From assembly GCA_016784175.1 (NCBI GenBank), contig JADHVC010000001.1:5567-69566 (forward strand): a stretch of 64,000 nt of DNA, written 5' to 3'. The DNA comes from Patescibacteria group bacterium. Lineage in GTDB: Bacteria; Patescibacteriota; Patescibacteriia; Patescibacteriales; BS150m-G62. Shown piece by piece: positions 63,137 to 64,000 of the stretch (positions within the stretch are counted from its first letter, which is position 1; each line of letters begins with the position of its first letter). Both the position numbers and the translations under genes were made by a program. The notes beneath the pieces are model-generated. The model did no database searches. It was not told where the DNA came from and was given only the letters and a program-made list of their open reading frames with translations.

Positions 63137-63745
63137 TTATAGCAAAGGTATCAAAACCTCCTTTGCTCTTGGCCCTAAAAGCCAAATTTCTTCGCTTCCG
63201 TGTTCATGCTTAAAAACCAACTCCCAATTCTCTAGCTTTTTTAATGCCCTATCCAATAATATATCTGTCAGTCCGCTTATCTCATTTAAAATTTCATTTT
63301 TCGAGCTAGCTCGGTTTTTAGCGATAAGCTGCAATATCTCATGCATATAAGGACGATTCATCACATACGCATCATCAGCCTCAAATTTGCAATCTCTTGC
63401 GGCCAATAAATCCTCCAACATATCCAGCAACATCGCCCAGCGAAATCCGTAGTGTATATCAAAGCTATCTAAAGCGCTACGTCGAGCTGGATCACTTATA
63501 ACAATATCCAAGTGAAGAGCAAGCGAATGTAACTTATCAGTAGAGGCATGTCGCTTTAAAAGCAAACTAACGTTGGTTCTATAGGCAAAATCCAATACTT
63601 TAGCCCCGCACTCGCTCCATTTCTCTATATTCTCAATATGAGCTAATAAAGCATCTAGAGAATCCATTAAAGTGAAACAAAGAATTATAGGATCATCACG
63701 ATCTAAATCAAACGCTACCTTTTTATCGACATCGGGTTTAATCAT
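63137..63745 (-). CDS. Hypothetical protein with a C-terminal winged-helix-like domain
   Basis: ILQLIA..SKNEI..LDRALKKLENWELV..WLLGPRA pattern; SD AGGGG. Confidence 0.55.
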   Translation of the reverse strand: MIKPDVDKKVAFDLDRDDPIILCFTLMDSLDALLAHIENIEKWSECGAKVLDFAYRTNVSLLLKRHASTDKLHSLALHLDIVISDPARRSALDSFDIHYGFRWAMLLDMLEDLLAARDCKFEADDAYVMNRPYMHEILQLIAKNRASSKNEILNEISGLTDILLDRALKKLENWELVFKHEHGSEEIWLLGPRAKEVLIPLL

Positions 63746-64000
63746 TTCTATTTCCCCTTTTTATTTTAACCGTGAATAAGAGTGAAAACTGACTATTTAA
63801 AGAACATCTTTCAGCGGTCTTCTCATCTGCATGTATAGACTGATACTTCACTGCATTTTTCAGTATTCGCGAAGCTTGATTTAATGCAAATAATTACCTG
63901 CTTACCATTTGCGACTTTTTTATTGCTCCTTTAATTGTTAAAGAACAGCGCATAAATAACTCTTAAATTAATTATAGACAATTTACACAAATTTGTCAAT

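Noticed and set aside
62289-63659. Diversity-generating retroelement TR/VR pair
   Set aside because: The match is short and exact, with no adenine-specific variation and no reverse transcriptase

Overview
A low-GC bacterial chromosome segment. The gene set and architecture suggest Patescibacteria/CPR (Parcubacteria-like); this is inference. Code 11 applies, since glyA ends in TGA. 1-24 kb: a minus-strand type IV pilus cluster (pilM-N-O, pilB, response regulator, pilC, two major-type pilins, pilD, minor pilins) interrupted by an ~11.5 kb glycosylation cassette (GT2, GT-C and O-oligosaccharyltransferase-like genes, two of them fusions, one with a G9 tract). 24-40 kb: housekeeping genes (glyA, malic enzyme, rubrerythrin, thiI, mutM, infB, rbfA, lgt, pyrH) plus ORFans, including a BshC/WbqC-like protein paired with a dipeptidase. 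40-49 kb: a Wzm/Wzt polysaccharide locus with decayed gmd/fcl. Then gyrA, a Trm9-like methyltransferase, and tRNA-Arg and tRNA-Met embedded in a modular palindromic repeat array, followed by tRNA-Lys. After tRNA-Lys lies a type I R-M island (frameshifted hsdM, hsdS, hsdR) carrying DUF3800 and split DUF4238 cargo genes. Top candidates for novelty: (i) a DUF3800 nuclease-fold gene with a convergent, self-contained ~105-nt structured RNA inside the R-M operon; (ii) the tRNA-containing repeat array; (iii) the BshC/WbqC-like plus dipeptidase pair; (iv) a GTAAC-ended MITE family with target-site duplications that inserts at gene 3' ends. All family calls come from motif recognition by eye, not database searches.
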